A stretch of 64,000 bases of DNA, taken from assembly GCA_029863275.1 (NCBI GenBank), contig JAOTVS010000003.1:18623-82622 (forward strand), in the 5' to 3' direction. The notes under the pieces were generated by a model, which had not been told where the DNA came from, searched no databases, and saw only the letters and a list, made by a program, of their open reading frames with translations. Below, piece by piece: positions 17,560 through 26,750 of the stretch. Position numbers and translations under genes: made by a program. The first letter of the stretch is position 1; each line of letters begins with the position of its first letter. Origin of the DNA: Nitrosopumilus sp. GTDB taxonomy: Archaea > Thermoproteota > Nitrososphaeria > Nitrososphaerales > Nitrosopumilaceae.

Positions 17560-18606
17560 TTGAACCCCCAAATCGAACCCCTTCATAGGAACGAATCTCT
17601 TGTAGATGATGGAATGCTTTTTGTAAGGACAGAAGGTATCCTCAATACAATGATTAAGATCCCAATTCTACTTGCGGGTTTAGTCGTTGTAGCGATCGGA
17701 ATGCCTTTTCAAGCCTCATTCAGCTCTACTAGAACCTTAGATCTAACCATGTATTCAGATGGTTCCACACACATATCTACTCAAATAGATGTTGATCCAT
17801 TATCACCTGATTATACACTTGATTTATTCGGACCATCAGTTGATAATTTTGTAACAGTAGGTGAAAATGGGTTTTTGTTAACCAGTAACATAAATGGAAC
17901 AAAAGCCTTGATCGAAACTTTTGGTTCATCTAGTATTACAGTTGACTATGATATTCATGATTTAATTTCAAAAGATGGAAGAGTCTGGACTTTTTCCTTT
18001 AATTCCACATCTGATTTTACGTTACTAATGCCACCAAACTCGATAATTGTTGGAATGGGTACTATTCCTAAAAATATGGAAATAATGGAGGAGCAAACTA
18101 AATTAGACTTAACAAGTGGTATTACTGAAATAAATTATATTCTTGAAACACCACAAAACCCTATAGAAAAACCACCAATTGATTCTATTCCAGCTGATCC
18201 AAATAATGTAGCAGAAGATTTTACTCTACCAATAGTTGTTGGTGGGTTAATCGTAGCTGGAGTTGCAGGTGCATCAGTAATTATAAAAAGAAACAAAACA
18301 AAAACATCATCAACTATTCAGGAGGAAATTAGTTCTGAAAAATCAAATGAAAAGGAATTTTTAGATCCACAAAAAATTTTCGATTTTGTACCTGACATGC
18401 GTGCAGATGATAAAAAAATAGTTGAATTTATTTCTGCAAGCGGTGGTCAGGTTTTTGAAAGTGAATTAAGAAAAAAGTTCGTTCAGCCTAGAACAACCAT
18501 GTGGAGAGCAGTTAAAAGATTAGAAAGACTAGGAGTAATTGAAATTACTAAAAAGGATCTACAAAACCTTGTAATTTTAAAGAAAAACCTGGAGGAAGAA
18601 GAATGA
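17560..18606 (+). CDS. Membrane protein: TM/signal anchor, extracytoplasmic domain, second TM, cytoplasmic C-terminal winged-helix domain
   Basis: 348 aa. Hydrophobic IKIPILLAGLVVVAIGMPF, then about 170 aa Ser/Thr/Asn-rich domain, then TM LPIVVGGLIVAGVAGASVII plus RNK stop-transfer. C-terminal wHTH-like KIVEFISASGGQVFESELRKKFVQPRTTMWRAVKRLERLGVIEI. Start uncertain: TTG 17560, or ATG 17614 or 17650. Confidence 0.6.
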   Translation: MNPQIEPLHRNESLVDDGMLFVRTEGILNTMIKIPILLAGLVVVAIGMPFQASFSSTRTLDLTMYSDGSTHISTQIDVDPLSPDYTLDLFGPSVDNFVTVGENGFLLTSNINGTKALIETFGSSSITVDYDIHDLISKDGRVWTFSFNSTSDFTLLMPPNSIIVGMGTIPKNMEIMEEQTKLDLTSGITEINYILETPQNPIEKPPIDSIPADPNNVAEDFTLPIVVGGLIVAGVAGASVIIKRNKTKTSSTIQEEISSEKSNEKEFLDPQKIFDFVPDMRADDKKIVEFISASGGQVFESELRKKFVQPRTTMWRAVKRLERLGVIEITKKDLQNLVILKKNLEEEE

Positions 18607-19631
18607 AATCTTTACCAATTTTTGGATTCTTAATTTTAACAATTAGCTTGGTTTTAGGAGGCTCAGTAGGTAATGGTTTTGCCCAAGATAATCCGCCAAT
18701 TTTACTCAAAATAGCTACAACTGCACAAGATAAAATCCAAAGTCAAATATCAAATAATTCATCTGAGGAAATAAAAAAATTATTTGGAGAAGGTCAACAA
18801 GGAGTTGTGGCACTAGAAATTGCCCTGTCAAATGATGATTTGGAATTAGCTAAACAGGAATTTCTATCTACCATGAAAATATTTACTCAAATATCCCATC
18901 TATTAACTTATAATCAAACATCCCATCAAACAGCTAACCAATCCAACCAAACTTCTCAAACAGAAGAAAAAACTAGCTTACCAATAACCAATCCCTCAAG
19001 TGATCTAGTTAGGATGCAAGGTTATGTCGCTAGTTTAAAAACAATCGCCAATAATCATAATTCGACAATAGTATTTTTACCACTTGATGAATTATTTGTT
19101 GCTGCAAAAACTCAAATTAATAAAGGTCAATATGAGCAAGCAACTAATACAATTCAAGAAATCAAAAATACTATAATTGATTTTAATGAAGAACTTCGTC
19201 AACAAGCCTCACAAAAAGATTTAGTCCGTGCTCAAACATTTGCTCAAAAATATCTTAAACAACTTGATCGATTAATTGAACATGCATACAAAGTTGAATT
19301 ATCTGAAGAGATTATTCAAAAACTAGAGACCGCAAGAGAAGGTCTTACTTTAGCAATATCTCCTTCTGATATAATTAAAGAAGTTAGGGATATTATGGTA
19401 CTACACTCACAATATGAGCTATCAGAAAGTAAATTACTAGAATTAAGAATTTTACAAACTGAAGACATAATTCTTGAAATCTCTAACTCTGATCAATTTA
19501 CCCCACATACTATAGATGGAATGAACAAAAATATTCAAACTATTAAAGATCTGGTAGATAAAAAAGAATTTGAACGGGCAACTGCATTACTAAAGGCATC
19601 AGAAACAATTCTTGAAAAAATCCAAATTTAG
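18603..19631 (+). CDS. Secreted coiled-coil / helical-repeat hypothetical protein
   Basis: 342 aa. Signal peptide LPIFGFLILTISLVLGGSVGNGFA followed by long helical Gln/Glu-rich sequence. ATGA start/stop overlap with the upstream gene, and GGAGG lies 8 nt upstream of the ATG. Confidence 0.6.
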   Translation: MKSLPIFGFLILTISLVLGGSVGNGFAQDNPPILLKIATTAQDKIQSQISNNSSEEIKKLFGEGQQGVVALEIALSNDDLELAKQEFLSTMKIFTQISHLLTYNQTSHQTANQSNQTSQTEEKTSLPITNPSSDLVRMQGYVASLKTIANNHNSTIVFLPLDELFVAAKTQINKGQYEQATNTIQEIKNTIIDFNEELRQQASQKDLVRAQTFAQKYLKQLDRLIEHAYKVELSEEIIQKLETAREGLTLAISPSDIIKEVRDIMVLHSQYELSESKLLELRILQTEDIILEISNSDQFTPHTIDGMNKNIQTIKDLVDKKEFERATALLKASETILEKIQI

Positions 19632-19672
19632 TCAAAACTTATCATAAACTTCATATACATTTTCAAAACAGC

Positions 19673-19873
19673 ATGAACATGGCTTCTAAAGAAATTAGTT
19701 TTGGTGTAGGTATTCCAATGATTGTCGTTGGCGCTTTAATGGCATGGTTATGGGCTCCTTTAGAAGTTGACATGCAAAGTACAGTAGAATTTGTGGGAAG
19801 TTTAATAGGAATTTTAGGTGTGGTATTTTTTATTTCTGGATTGTTTTATGCCAAAGAACCAGTAATGCATTAA
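19673..19873 (+). CDS. Small membrane protein, two TM helices
   Basis: 66 aa with two hydrophobic segments. Same strand as, and close behind, the preceding operon. Confidence 0.45.
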   Translation: MNMASKEISFGVGIPMIVVGALMAWLWAPLEVDMQSTVEFVGSLIGILGVVFFISGLFYAKEPVMH

Positions 19874-19913
19874 AGCCCATTAAATAAATAATGAAAAAAA
19901 ACAGTACTATTAC

Positions 19914-20627
19914 TTGAAAATTAGGATATTTGAACTATTTACATCAGTTGAAGGAGAGGGAATTCTTTATGGCACCAAAACTCTTTTTGTTAGATTAGCA
20001 GGCTGTCCCTTTACTTGTTTTTATTGTGATACAAAAGAATCCTTACCCCTTGATTCAGGAAAGGAATATGATATCCAAGAAGCTTTTCAACTAATTGATT
20101 CTAATTTAAAAAAACAAACATACAAAGTAAATTTTACTGGAGGAGATCCTTTGGTCCAACATGAAGCAGTAGCCGTACTGGCAAAATATGTTCAAAGTAA
20201 AAAAATTCCAACCTATCTTGAATCATCCTGTTTTGATTCCAATAAATTTAATCATGTTTTACCGTTTATGGATATAATTAAAATTGAATTTAAAACAAAG
20301 GATTCCAAATTTGTTGACTCTAAACACTATGAACAATTAATTGAAAACGCAATGAATTGCCTCAAATCTTCAGTTTCTGAGAAAAAAATAACTTACATCA
20401 AAATTGTTGTAAGTGCCAAAACAGAATTAGACGATTTTAATAATTTGGTAAATAGCATATTCAATTCCGTTTCCAAGGATCAAATTGATGGCTTTGTAAT
20501 ACAACCTACAAATGAAATAGCCGAGCCATCTTTAGAACTTCTTCTAAATCTATATGATATTGTTTTTCCATATTATGCTGAGGTTAAGGTTGTCCCTCAA
20601 CTCCACAAATTAATAGGTGCCCCCTAA
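19914..20627 (+). CDS. queE: 7-carboxy-7-deazaguanine synthase (radical SAM)
   Basis: 237 aa. FTSVEGEG and the radical-SAM cluster CPFTCFYCDT. Neighbours are folE and queC. Confidence 0.8.
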   Translation: MKIRIFELFTSVEGEGILYGTKTLFVRLAGCPFTCFYCDTKESLPLDSGKEYDIQEAFQLIDSNLKKQTYKVNFTGGDPLVQHEAVAVLAKYVQSKKIPTYLESSCFDSNKFNHVLPFMDIIKIEFKTKDSKFVDSKHYEQLIENAMNCLKSSVSEKKITYIKIVVSAKTELDDFNNLVNSIFNSVSKDQIDGFVIQPTNEIAEPSLELLLNLYDIVFPYYAEVKVVPQLHKLIGAP

Positions 20628-20691
20628 AATTAACACGAGTCTAAAAATCAGACTAGGTTCAAATACTAGAAAAAATCTCTAAAAGTATTCA

Positions 20692-21249
20692 ATGGATCAA
20701 GAACGTGTAAAAAAATTAGTCAGAGAATTAATCATAGAAATAGGAGAGGATCCAACTCGTGAGGGACTTAGGGACACTCCTGAAAGAATAGGGCGTATGT
20801 ATAAAGAAATTTTTGGAGGGTACGAATCTGACTCTGAATTATCGGTTCAATTTTCTGAGGATTCTGATACGGTAGTTGCACGTGACATTCAGTTTTATTC
20901 CATGTGTGAGCACCATATGTTACCATTTTTTGGCAAGATCCATATTGCATATTCTCCAAATGGTCGAGTTTTTGGAATATCAAAACTGATTAGATTAGTA
21001 GAAAAATATTCAAAACGACTACAAATTCAAGAACGATTAACAAAAAATATAGCTGACGAATTATTTACCCAAGGAGTAAAAGGAGTACTAGTAGTAGCTG
21101 ATGCTCAACATCTTTGTATGAAAATGAGAGGAGTAAGAAATGATGCCACCTTAACTTCATCTGCATATCGAGGGGTATATGAACAAAAAGAGGAAAAAGA
21201 AAGCATCATGGCTATGATAAGAAAAAGTACTCCTAATACTTCATTTTAG
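20692..21249 (+). CDS. folE: GTP cyclohydrolase I (type IA)
   Basis: 185 aa. Hallmark FYSMCEHHMLPFFGKIHIAY and ERLQIQERLT motifs. Confidence 0.9.
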   Translation: MDQERVKKLVRELIIEIGEDPTREGLRDTPERIGRMYKEIFGGYESDSELSVQFSEDSDTVVARDIQFYSMCEHHMLPFFGKIHIAYSPNGRVFGISKLIRLVEKYSKRLQIQERLTKNIADELFTQGVKGVLVVADAQHLCMKMRGVRNDATLTSSAYRGVYEQKEEKESIMAMIRKSTPNTSF

Positions 21250-21271
21250 TACCTGAAAAATTAAATATTCA

Positions 21272-21538
21272 TTGTTTAACAGAATTTCTATGGTTGCACA
21301 TGATAATATCCATATTCCAAGCGAATCTTTTCCATCTTGGATATGGTATGTAATCGAAGTAGTAATTGTAATCGTTCTTTCTTTTGCAATATCTTTTAAA
21401 GTTGCAGAATCTTTTGAGGTGGCACCTGAAGTTGGGAATTGGATTTTAACAGGGACATTTGGTGCATGTTTTTTGGTATGGTTTATCATTATTAGAGGTC
21501 TTGTTCTTAAAAAGAAAATTCTTAGAAACAGATATTAG
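21272..21538 (+). CDS. Small membrane protein
   Basis: 88 aa with two clear hydrophobic helices. Preferred over the antisense ORF 21241..21489. Confidence 0.4.
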   Translation: MFNRISMVAHDNIHIPSESFPSWIWYVIEVVIVIVLSFAISFKVAESFEVAPEVGNWILTGTFGACFLVWFIIIRGLVLKKKILRNRY

Positions 21539-21540
21539 AT

Positions 21541-22215
21541 TTATTTTAAATATTTTGTTTTATCTTTAATCCCGGAATTCTCAAATGCAAATTTTCGATT
21601 ATTACATGATTCACAAATACCACAGTGATACCTTCCACTAGAATAACAACTCCAAGTTTTGAAAATAGATTCTCCAATAGCTTTATAGCCAAATTTTAGC
21701 AAATCACTTTTTGAAAGACCCGCTTTATAGGGAGACCAGATTTCAATACTTTTTCGCAATCCTAATGTTATGCCATCAATTTCTCCTTGATTAAACGAAG
21801 ATTGTAATTTTTTCGCAAAATTTGGTCTACAATCAGGATAATTACTATCTCCAGTATGCGCTCCATAAGCAACTAACGATGCATTTAGAGTAAATGCCCA
21901 AGCAGAGGCAATAGAGAGAAAAACAGCATTTCTAATTGGAACAACAATGGAATAATCGAATTTACTTGGTATTTTTCTTTTAGAGCTGGTCAATACGTTT
22001 GAATCTCCATACAATTCTTTCATAAAGCCAATATCTACGATTTTATGTTTCTTTAGGCATAATTTTTTTGCAAATGATTTTGCTGCAACAATTTCTTGGT
22101 TTGCTTTTTGACCATAAGAAAATGAAATTCCATAAAGTTCATACTTTGGTTTTAAATATGATGCAACGCAAACAGAATCTATTCCTCCACTAAAAACCAC
22201 AACCGCTTTTTTCAT
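21541..22215 (-). CDS. queC: 7-cyano-7-deazaguanine synthase
   Basis: 224 aa. PP-loop VVVFSGGIDS and C-terminal Zn-binding Cys cluster (CYSS...CGICESC). Confidence 0.85.
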   Translation of the reverse strand: MKKAVVVFSGGIDSVCVASYLKPKYELYGISFSYGQKANQEIVAAKSFAKKLCLKKHKIVDIGFMKELYGDSNVLTSSKRKIPSKFDYSIVVPIRNAVFLSIASAWAFTLNASLVAYGAHTGDSNYPDCRPNFAKKLQSSFNQGEIDGITLGLRKSIEIWSPYKAGLSKSDLLKFGYKAIGESIFKTWSCYSSGRYHCGICESCNNRKFAFENSGIKDKTKYLK

Positions 22216-22229
22216 TAAATTATCTCCAA

Positions 22230-23153
22230 TTAGGTTTTAATTTTAGCACCTATGCTAGGTTTACAAATAATAGTTTGGCATTCTAGTTTAGCTGATTCGA
22301 AACCTTTGGTCATTGCTTGACTAATTTTTTTTAGATCTTGTGAACTTTTTGAAAATGCAATAACTGAAGGACCTGCTCCACTTATGGTTACTCCATATGC
22401 TCCAGCTTTTAGTGCGTTTTCTTTAACTTTAGAAAATCCAGGAATCATATGTTTTCTAGCCGGCTCTACTATCATATCTTTTATTGATTTTCCAATCAAT
22501 TCGGGATCTTTATTCATAAATCCAACAACAATTGCTGTTGCATTTGATAGATTTTTGGTACTAGATGTCAGGCTAATTTTTTTTGGAATTGCACTTCTTG
22601 ATACTTTGGTTTTCCTTTTTGGAACTTTTAATCTTGGAACTGCAATAACCATTCGTAAATTACTCGGTGGATCAATTTTGATAATATCTAAGGGATCAGT
22701 TTTTACAATTACAAATCCACCTAAAACTGAAGCTGCAACATTATCATAATGGATTGAACCCGCACTAGCTTTTTCACCAGTTCCGGCAAACTCGACAAGT
22801 AAATTTTCATCTAACTTTAATTTATACAGTTTATCAAATGCTACTGCAGCTGCAGCTGCTGATGCTGCACTACTTCCCATTCCATATCCTGCAGGAACAT
22901 TTTTTTTAATTTTAATTTCAATCCCGTCCTTAGTTTTGAATTTTTTAATCATATTTTTTACAACTAATCCTGCCGTATTTTTATCAGGATTTGTTGGAAT
23001 ATCATCTTCAGCTACTATAATTACTCCTTTTGTCTTGGTTTTTGTAAGCGTAATTTCATCATAAAATGCATTGACTGCCAGTCCAAATACATCGAATCCC
23101 GGTCCTAAATTTGCAGTAGATGATGGTGCTGCAACAGTTATAGTTAAAGTCAT
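22230..23153 (-). CDS. thrB: Homoserine kinase (GHMP kinase family)
   Basis: 307 aa. PSSTANLGPGFDVFGLA N-terminus and GHMP motif PAGYGMGSSAASAAA. Confidence 0.85.
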   Translation of the reverse strand: MTLTITVAAPSSTANLGPGFDVFGLAVNAFYDEITLTKTKTKGVIIVAEDDIPTNPDKNTAGLVVKNMIKKFKTKDGIEIKIKKNVPAGYGMGSSAASAAAAAVAFDKLYKLKLDENLLVEFAGTGEKASAGSIHYDNVAASVLGGFVIVKTDPLDIIKIDPPSNLRMVIAVPRLKVPKRKTKVSRSAIPKKISLTSSTKNLSNATAIVVGFMNKDPELIGKSIKDMIVEPARKHMIPGFSKVKENALKAGAYGVTISGAGPSVIAFSKSSQDLKKISQAMTKGFESAKLECQTIICKPSIGAKIKT

Positions 23154-23912
23154 TTAATCCTCTACCTCTTCACCTAAATTAAGAATTCTGCTTAATGCTC
23201 CTTCTAAATTCACCAATCCATCACCTGTCACATTAGAAACTGGAATTAAGCCTTGAGCAAAACCACTAAGATTTAGCCCTCGTAAAATATTGGTCACCAA
23301 AGAATACGTTTCACCATCTGCATCATTTGCTATTGCATTTTCCAATGTTCTGATGTTACCTGACCATTCAATAATGTCTTTTAGCTTTGAACCGATAAGA
23401 TCTGTTTTTGTAATTATATTTACAGTAGGTACGTGAAGACGCAATCTTATGGAGGTTGCAAGAAGAGCAATAGAAACAAAATTTACTGGCGTTGTAATTA
23501 GGGAACCATCAAATAAAAATACACTCGTTTTCTCTTCACTAGTTAAATTCTCTACAATAAAACTTCCACTAGATCTATAAGCAAATAATTCTATTTGACC
23601 TGGTGTATCTACTAACAAATAATCTGGATTTACTCTCTCTACTTCATTTCTTATGTCATCGATTTTTGAAGCAATCAGATCATTTGCCATTATTAGAGCC
23701 CCATTTGGCCCTAAATCATATTCCTTCATTATTGATACAATGTCGATATAATCTCTGACATCAATATCACAAGTATATGGAAGACTCTCAACACCTGGAT
23801 CCAAATTCAAAATGGCTGCAAACGCACCATTTTGTGTGTAATAATCATATAATTTTGAGGTTAAAAGAGATTTACCCGCACCGGCAGTACCAGTTACAAA
23901 AATTGTTTTCAA
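23154..23912 (-). CDS. GPN-loop GTPase
   Basis: 252 aa. P-loop GTAGAGKS, the eponymous GPNG motif (DLGPNGAL), DTPGQIE switch and TKTD specificity motif. Confidence 0.8.
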   Translation of the reverse strand: MKTIFVTGTAGAGKSLLTSKLYDYYTQNGAFAAILNLDPGVESLPYTCDIDVRDYIDIVSIMKEYDLGPNGALIMANDLIASKIDDIRNEVERVNPDYLLVDTPGQIELFAYRSSGSFIVENLTSEEKTSVFLFDGSLITTPVNFVSIALLATSIRLRLHVPTVNIITKTDLIGSKLKDIIEWSGNIRTLENAIANDADGETYSLVTNILRGLNLSGFAQGLIPVSNVTGDGLVNLEGALSRILNLGEEVED

Positions 23913-24024
23913 TATGGTCTAAAATTCCTTTGTTGGCTTATATTTCAAGCTAGAAGTAGGCACAGTAAATTTAGTCATAAAATTGGGTCAACTTTCATAT
24001 TTGAATCTATAAAATTTTTTTCAA

Positions 24025-25041
24025 ATGAATTGGAGAATTGTTGTAATTCCTATTACTCTTATCCCAATTCTGTTTATTGCATTACAATTTGATATTAAAA
24101 TTGAAGATGTTTTTGCCATTGGAATCTTTCCATTTGTGATGGCAGTAATTGCCATGATGATAAAACTAGGACTTCAAGGAATAAAGTTTGCATATATTAC
24201 TCAACAATATTTAGGAAAGTTTGATTCCTTTTGGAAATTAACTGGTGTAAGAGTAGGAAGTGAATTTATTAAATTTACAACGCCAATGTTTGTTGGTGCA
24301 GAATTTATTGTAATTTATTATCTCCACAAAAAAGGTGTCTCTCCTTCTAAATCTACATGGATTGCAATTATGGATATAGTAACTGAAGTCTTTGCTGCAG
24401 GTTTATTGTCAATTATGGCAGGTATTTTAGCCTTAATGCACGGAGCATATGTTGTTGGAGTAATTATTTTAGGAACTAGTATTTTTGTAACGACATTATG
24501 GATGGCTTTATTCTTTTTATCATCAAAGAGAATATTCCAACTTCCGAGAGTTATTTCCATTCTAGTTGAAAAATTTGGAAAAGAAAAAGGCAAAAATCTA
24601 GTTAGTAAAACAAATTCTTGGATGGAAGAAGTTTGTGTAATGAGCAAAAAAAATCTTAGAACAAATGAATCGAAAAAAATATTTACAATAACATTTTTCA
24701 TTTCTTTGGTTTCTTGGTCATTTTATGGAATATCTTTTATGATAATTGCATTTGGAACAGGTTATGTTATAGGAATTTTTGACTCTATTATGGCAGTAAT
24801 GGGTGCAAATGCAATAGGAAATTTACCGATTACAGTTGGAGGTTCTGGATTGGCTGAATTTGGAATTGTCGCCTATTTGAATAATCAAAATCCATTTGAT
24901 TTACAAATCCTTGAAGGAAACGCAATATGGAATACTGTAATAGGATGGAGAATAGCCACTTATTACATACCAATTGCGGTAACATGGATACTACTCGTAA
25001 AACTGGCTTTGAGCAGATATAGAAACTCTGATTCTACATAG
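24025..25041 (+). CDS. Polytopic membrane protein, flippase-like / LPG-synthase-TM-like (UPF0104)
   Basis: 338 aa, about 8 hydrophobic segments. Family assignment is tentative and based on overall architecture. Confidence 0.4.
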   Translation: MNWRIVVIPITLIPILFIALQFDIKIEDVFAIGIFPFVMAVIAMMIKLGLQGIKFAYITQQYLGKFDSFWKLTGVRVGSEFIKFTTPMFVGAEFIVIYYLHKKGVSPSKSTWIAIMDIVTEVFAAGLLSIMAGILALMHGAYVVGVIILGTSIFVTTLWMALFFLSSKRIFQLPRVISILVEKFGKEKGKNLVSKTNSWMEEVCVMSKKNLRTNESKKIFTITFFISLVSWSFYGISFMIIAFGTGYVIGIFDSIMAVMGANAIGNLPITVGGSGLAEFGIVAYLNNQNPFDLQILEGNAIWNTVIGWRIATYYIPIAVTWILLVKLALSRYRNSDST

Positions 25042-25075
25042 AAACTACTTTATCTTCTAAAAGATTTTTTGAATT

Positions 25076-25876
25076 ATGAATTTTAAAGATAAAGTAGTAC
25101 TGATTACAGGAGCATCCTCTGGAATAGGACGTGAATCTGCCATTCAATTTGCAAAAAGAGGTGCAAACATAATTCTAGTTGCAAGAGGAAAAGACAAATT
25201 AGATCAGCTTGACAAGGAACTGAGCAAATTCAACATTTCTTCACTTGTTTGTGAATGTGATATTTCTAATAAATTACAAGTTAAAAAAATTTCTAAAATA
25301 ATTTTAGAAAAATATGATTCAGTTGATATTTTGGTAAATAATGCAGGATTTGCAATTTTTGGGTCAGTTGTTGATTTGACTATTGAAGAAATTGAATCAC
25401 AAATGGCCACAAATTATTTTGGAATGATTTACTGTACTAAAATTTTTCTTCCATCAATGATTAAAAAAAAATCTGGTCATATTGTTAATGTTGCCTCAGT
25501 TGCAGGAAGTATGGGTTTGCCTGGAATTGCACCCTATTGTGCAACCAAATTTGCAATGTTGGGTTTTTCAGAGGGTCTCAAACATGAGCTAAAAGAAACT
25601 GGAGTCGGGGTAACAGTAGTTAGCCCCATTATGGTTCGCACAAATTTCTTTGAACATTCATCATTCAAAAACATGCCAAAATATTCTCCAATCTCTATTA
25701 GTGCAAAAACTGTTGCAAAGGCAATTCTAAAAGCATCTGATTCTCCTAGATTAGAAATCATTGTTCCCTCAATTGTGCGTATAGCAGTTTGGTTGAAAAG
25801 TACTTTTCCATACCTGATAAATCCGATTTTAGGCTCTGTTTTTAGAAAACAATTAGACAGTAAAGAGCAAAATTAG
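25076..25876 (+). CDS. Short-chain dehydrogenase/reductase
   Basis: 266 aa. TGASSGIG, NNAG and YCATKFA (Y-x3-K) motifs. Confidence 0.85.
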   Translation: MNFKDKVVLITGASSGIGRESAIQFAKRGANIILVARGKDKLDQLDKELSKFNISSLVCECDISNKLQVKKISKIILEKYDSVDILVNNAGFAIFGSVVDLTIEEIESQMATNYFGMIYCTKIFLPSMIKKKSGHIVNVASVAGSMGLPGIAPYCATKFAMLGFSEGLKHELKETGVGVTVVSPIMVRTNFFEHSSFKNMPKYSPISISAKTVAKAILKASDSPRLEIIVPSIVRIAVWLKSTFPYLINPILGSVFRKQLDSKEQN

Positions 25877-25877
25877 A

Positions 25878-26273
25878 TTACTCTTCATCCAATTCTTCAG
25901 GTTTACTAGATCCTACATCTAAGAGTTCTAATGATTTTAATTCAAATTGATAAATTGCAGCCATCTCAATTTCTTTTTCTTTTTGTAGAAACTCAGTTAC
26001 TTTTTTGCTTAGGGGTGCTTTATGTTGATCAAAAGTAAATTCATAAACTACACCTTTCTCCAATTTTGAAGCCTCAATTTTTTTTGGCAAATCCAATGTT
26101 ATAATATGTCTTCCATCCTCAACTGGATCATATAGCTGAGCATCTATTTTATTATCCGCATCATAAATCTCTAAGATGTATCCACTTCTCTTTAACTCCT
26201 TGGGTTTCTTAAATTTTGCATTTTGAATTTCATCAGAAACCCAATCTGGAATTTCATCTTTCTTTTTTACCAT
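25878..26273 (-). CDS. Hypothetical acidic protein
   Basis: 131-aa ORF with no competing frame. No motif recognised. Confidence 0.4.
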   Translation of the reverse strand: MVKKKDEIPDWVSDEIQNAKFKKPKELKRSGYILEIYDADNKIDAQLYDPVEDGRHIITLDLPKKIEASKLEKGVVYEFTFDQHKAPLSKKVTEFLQKEKEIEMAAIYQFELKSLELLDVGSSKPEELDEE

Positions 26274-26284
26274 AAACTTCAGCT

Positions 26285-26593
26285 CTAGTTTAGTTCTTTG
26301 TCTTTTTTACTTTTTTGCCACCACTCTAAATAATCATCTTGTTTATCTTCTCTCGTTCTCTCTTTCTGATTTAATTTATAACGAATATCTGAAACTTGTT
26401 CCCTTGTAGCATACAATCCACATCTTTTACAAATGAAATGCTTTGTTGCAGAATCCATTTTCATTGGAAAATCTATTTCATCAAATAACTTGAATAAATC
26501 ATCTCTTCCTCTTTCTTCCTCAGGAGTTTCTTCTTCGTATTTAGCTTGAATTTTCTTTTTCTCTCTATTTGAACACTCTGGGCAATTAGGCAC
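26285..26593 (-). CDS. Zinc-ribbon small protein
   Basis: 102 aa. CPEC...CKRC four-Cys ribbon and a highly charged remainder. GTG start in the track; TAA lies shortly upstream in frame. Confidence 0.45.
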   Translation of the reverse strand: MPNCPECSNREKKKIQAKYEEETPEEERGRDDLFKLFDEIDFPMKMDSATKHFICKRCGLYATREQVSDIRYKLNQKERTREDKQDDYLEWWQKSKKDKELN

Positions 26594-26750
26594 TGTTGAT
26601 ATGACTTAATTTTTTCCATAAAAGCGTTCCCACATATCTTTTGATCGATTTTCAAAATATCTGACACGCGGATTATATCTTCATCCCTTTCGGTCAGTTC
26701 GCCCATCGAAATCCCGCGTGCCAGATAACTAAAAATCTAAAAATATTCCT

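Noticed and set aside
21241-21489. Minus-strand 82-aa ORF competing with the plus-strand 88-aa membrane ORF.
   Set aside because: The plus-strand product has two clean TM helices and a basic C-terminus. The minus-strand translation has no such organisation. Neither is verified.
26473-26706. 77-aa ORF treated as a genuine separate CDS.
   Set aside because: Two thirds of it overlaps the zinc-ribbon ORF in another frame and translates to Lys/Leu-rich low-complexity sequence. Its unique N-terminal part coincides with a GC-rich hairpin. It is kept only as a frameshift or RNA question in the findings.
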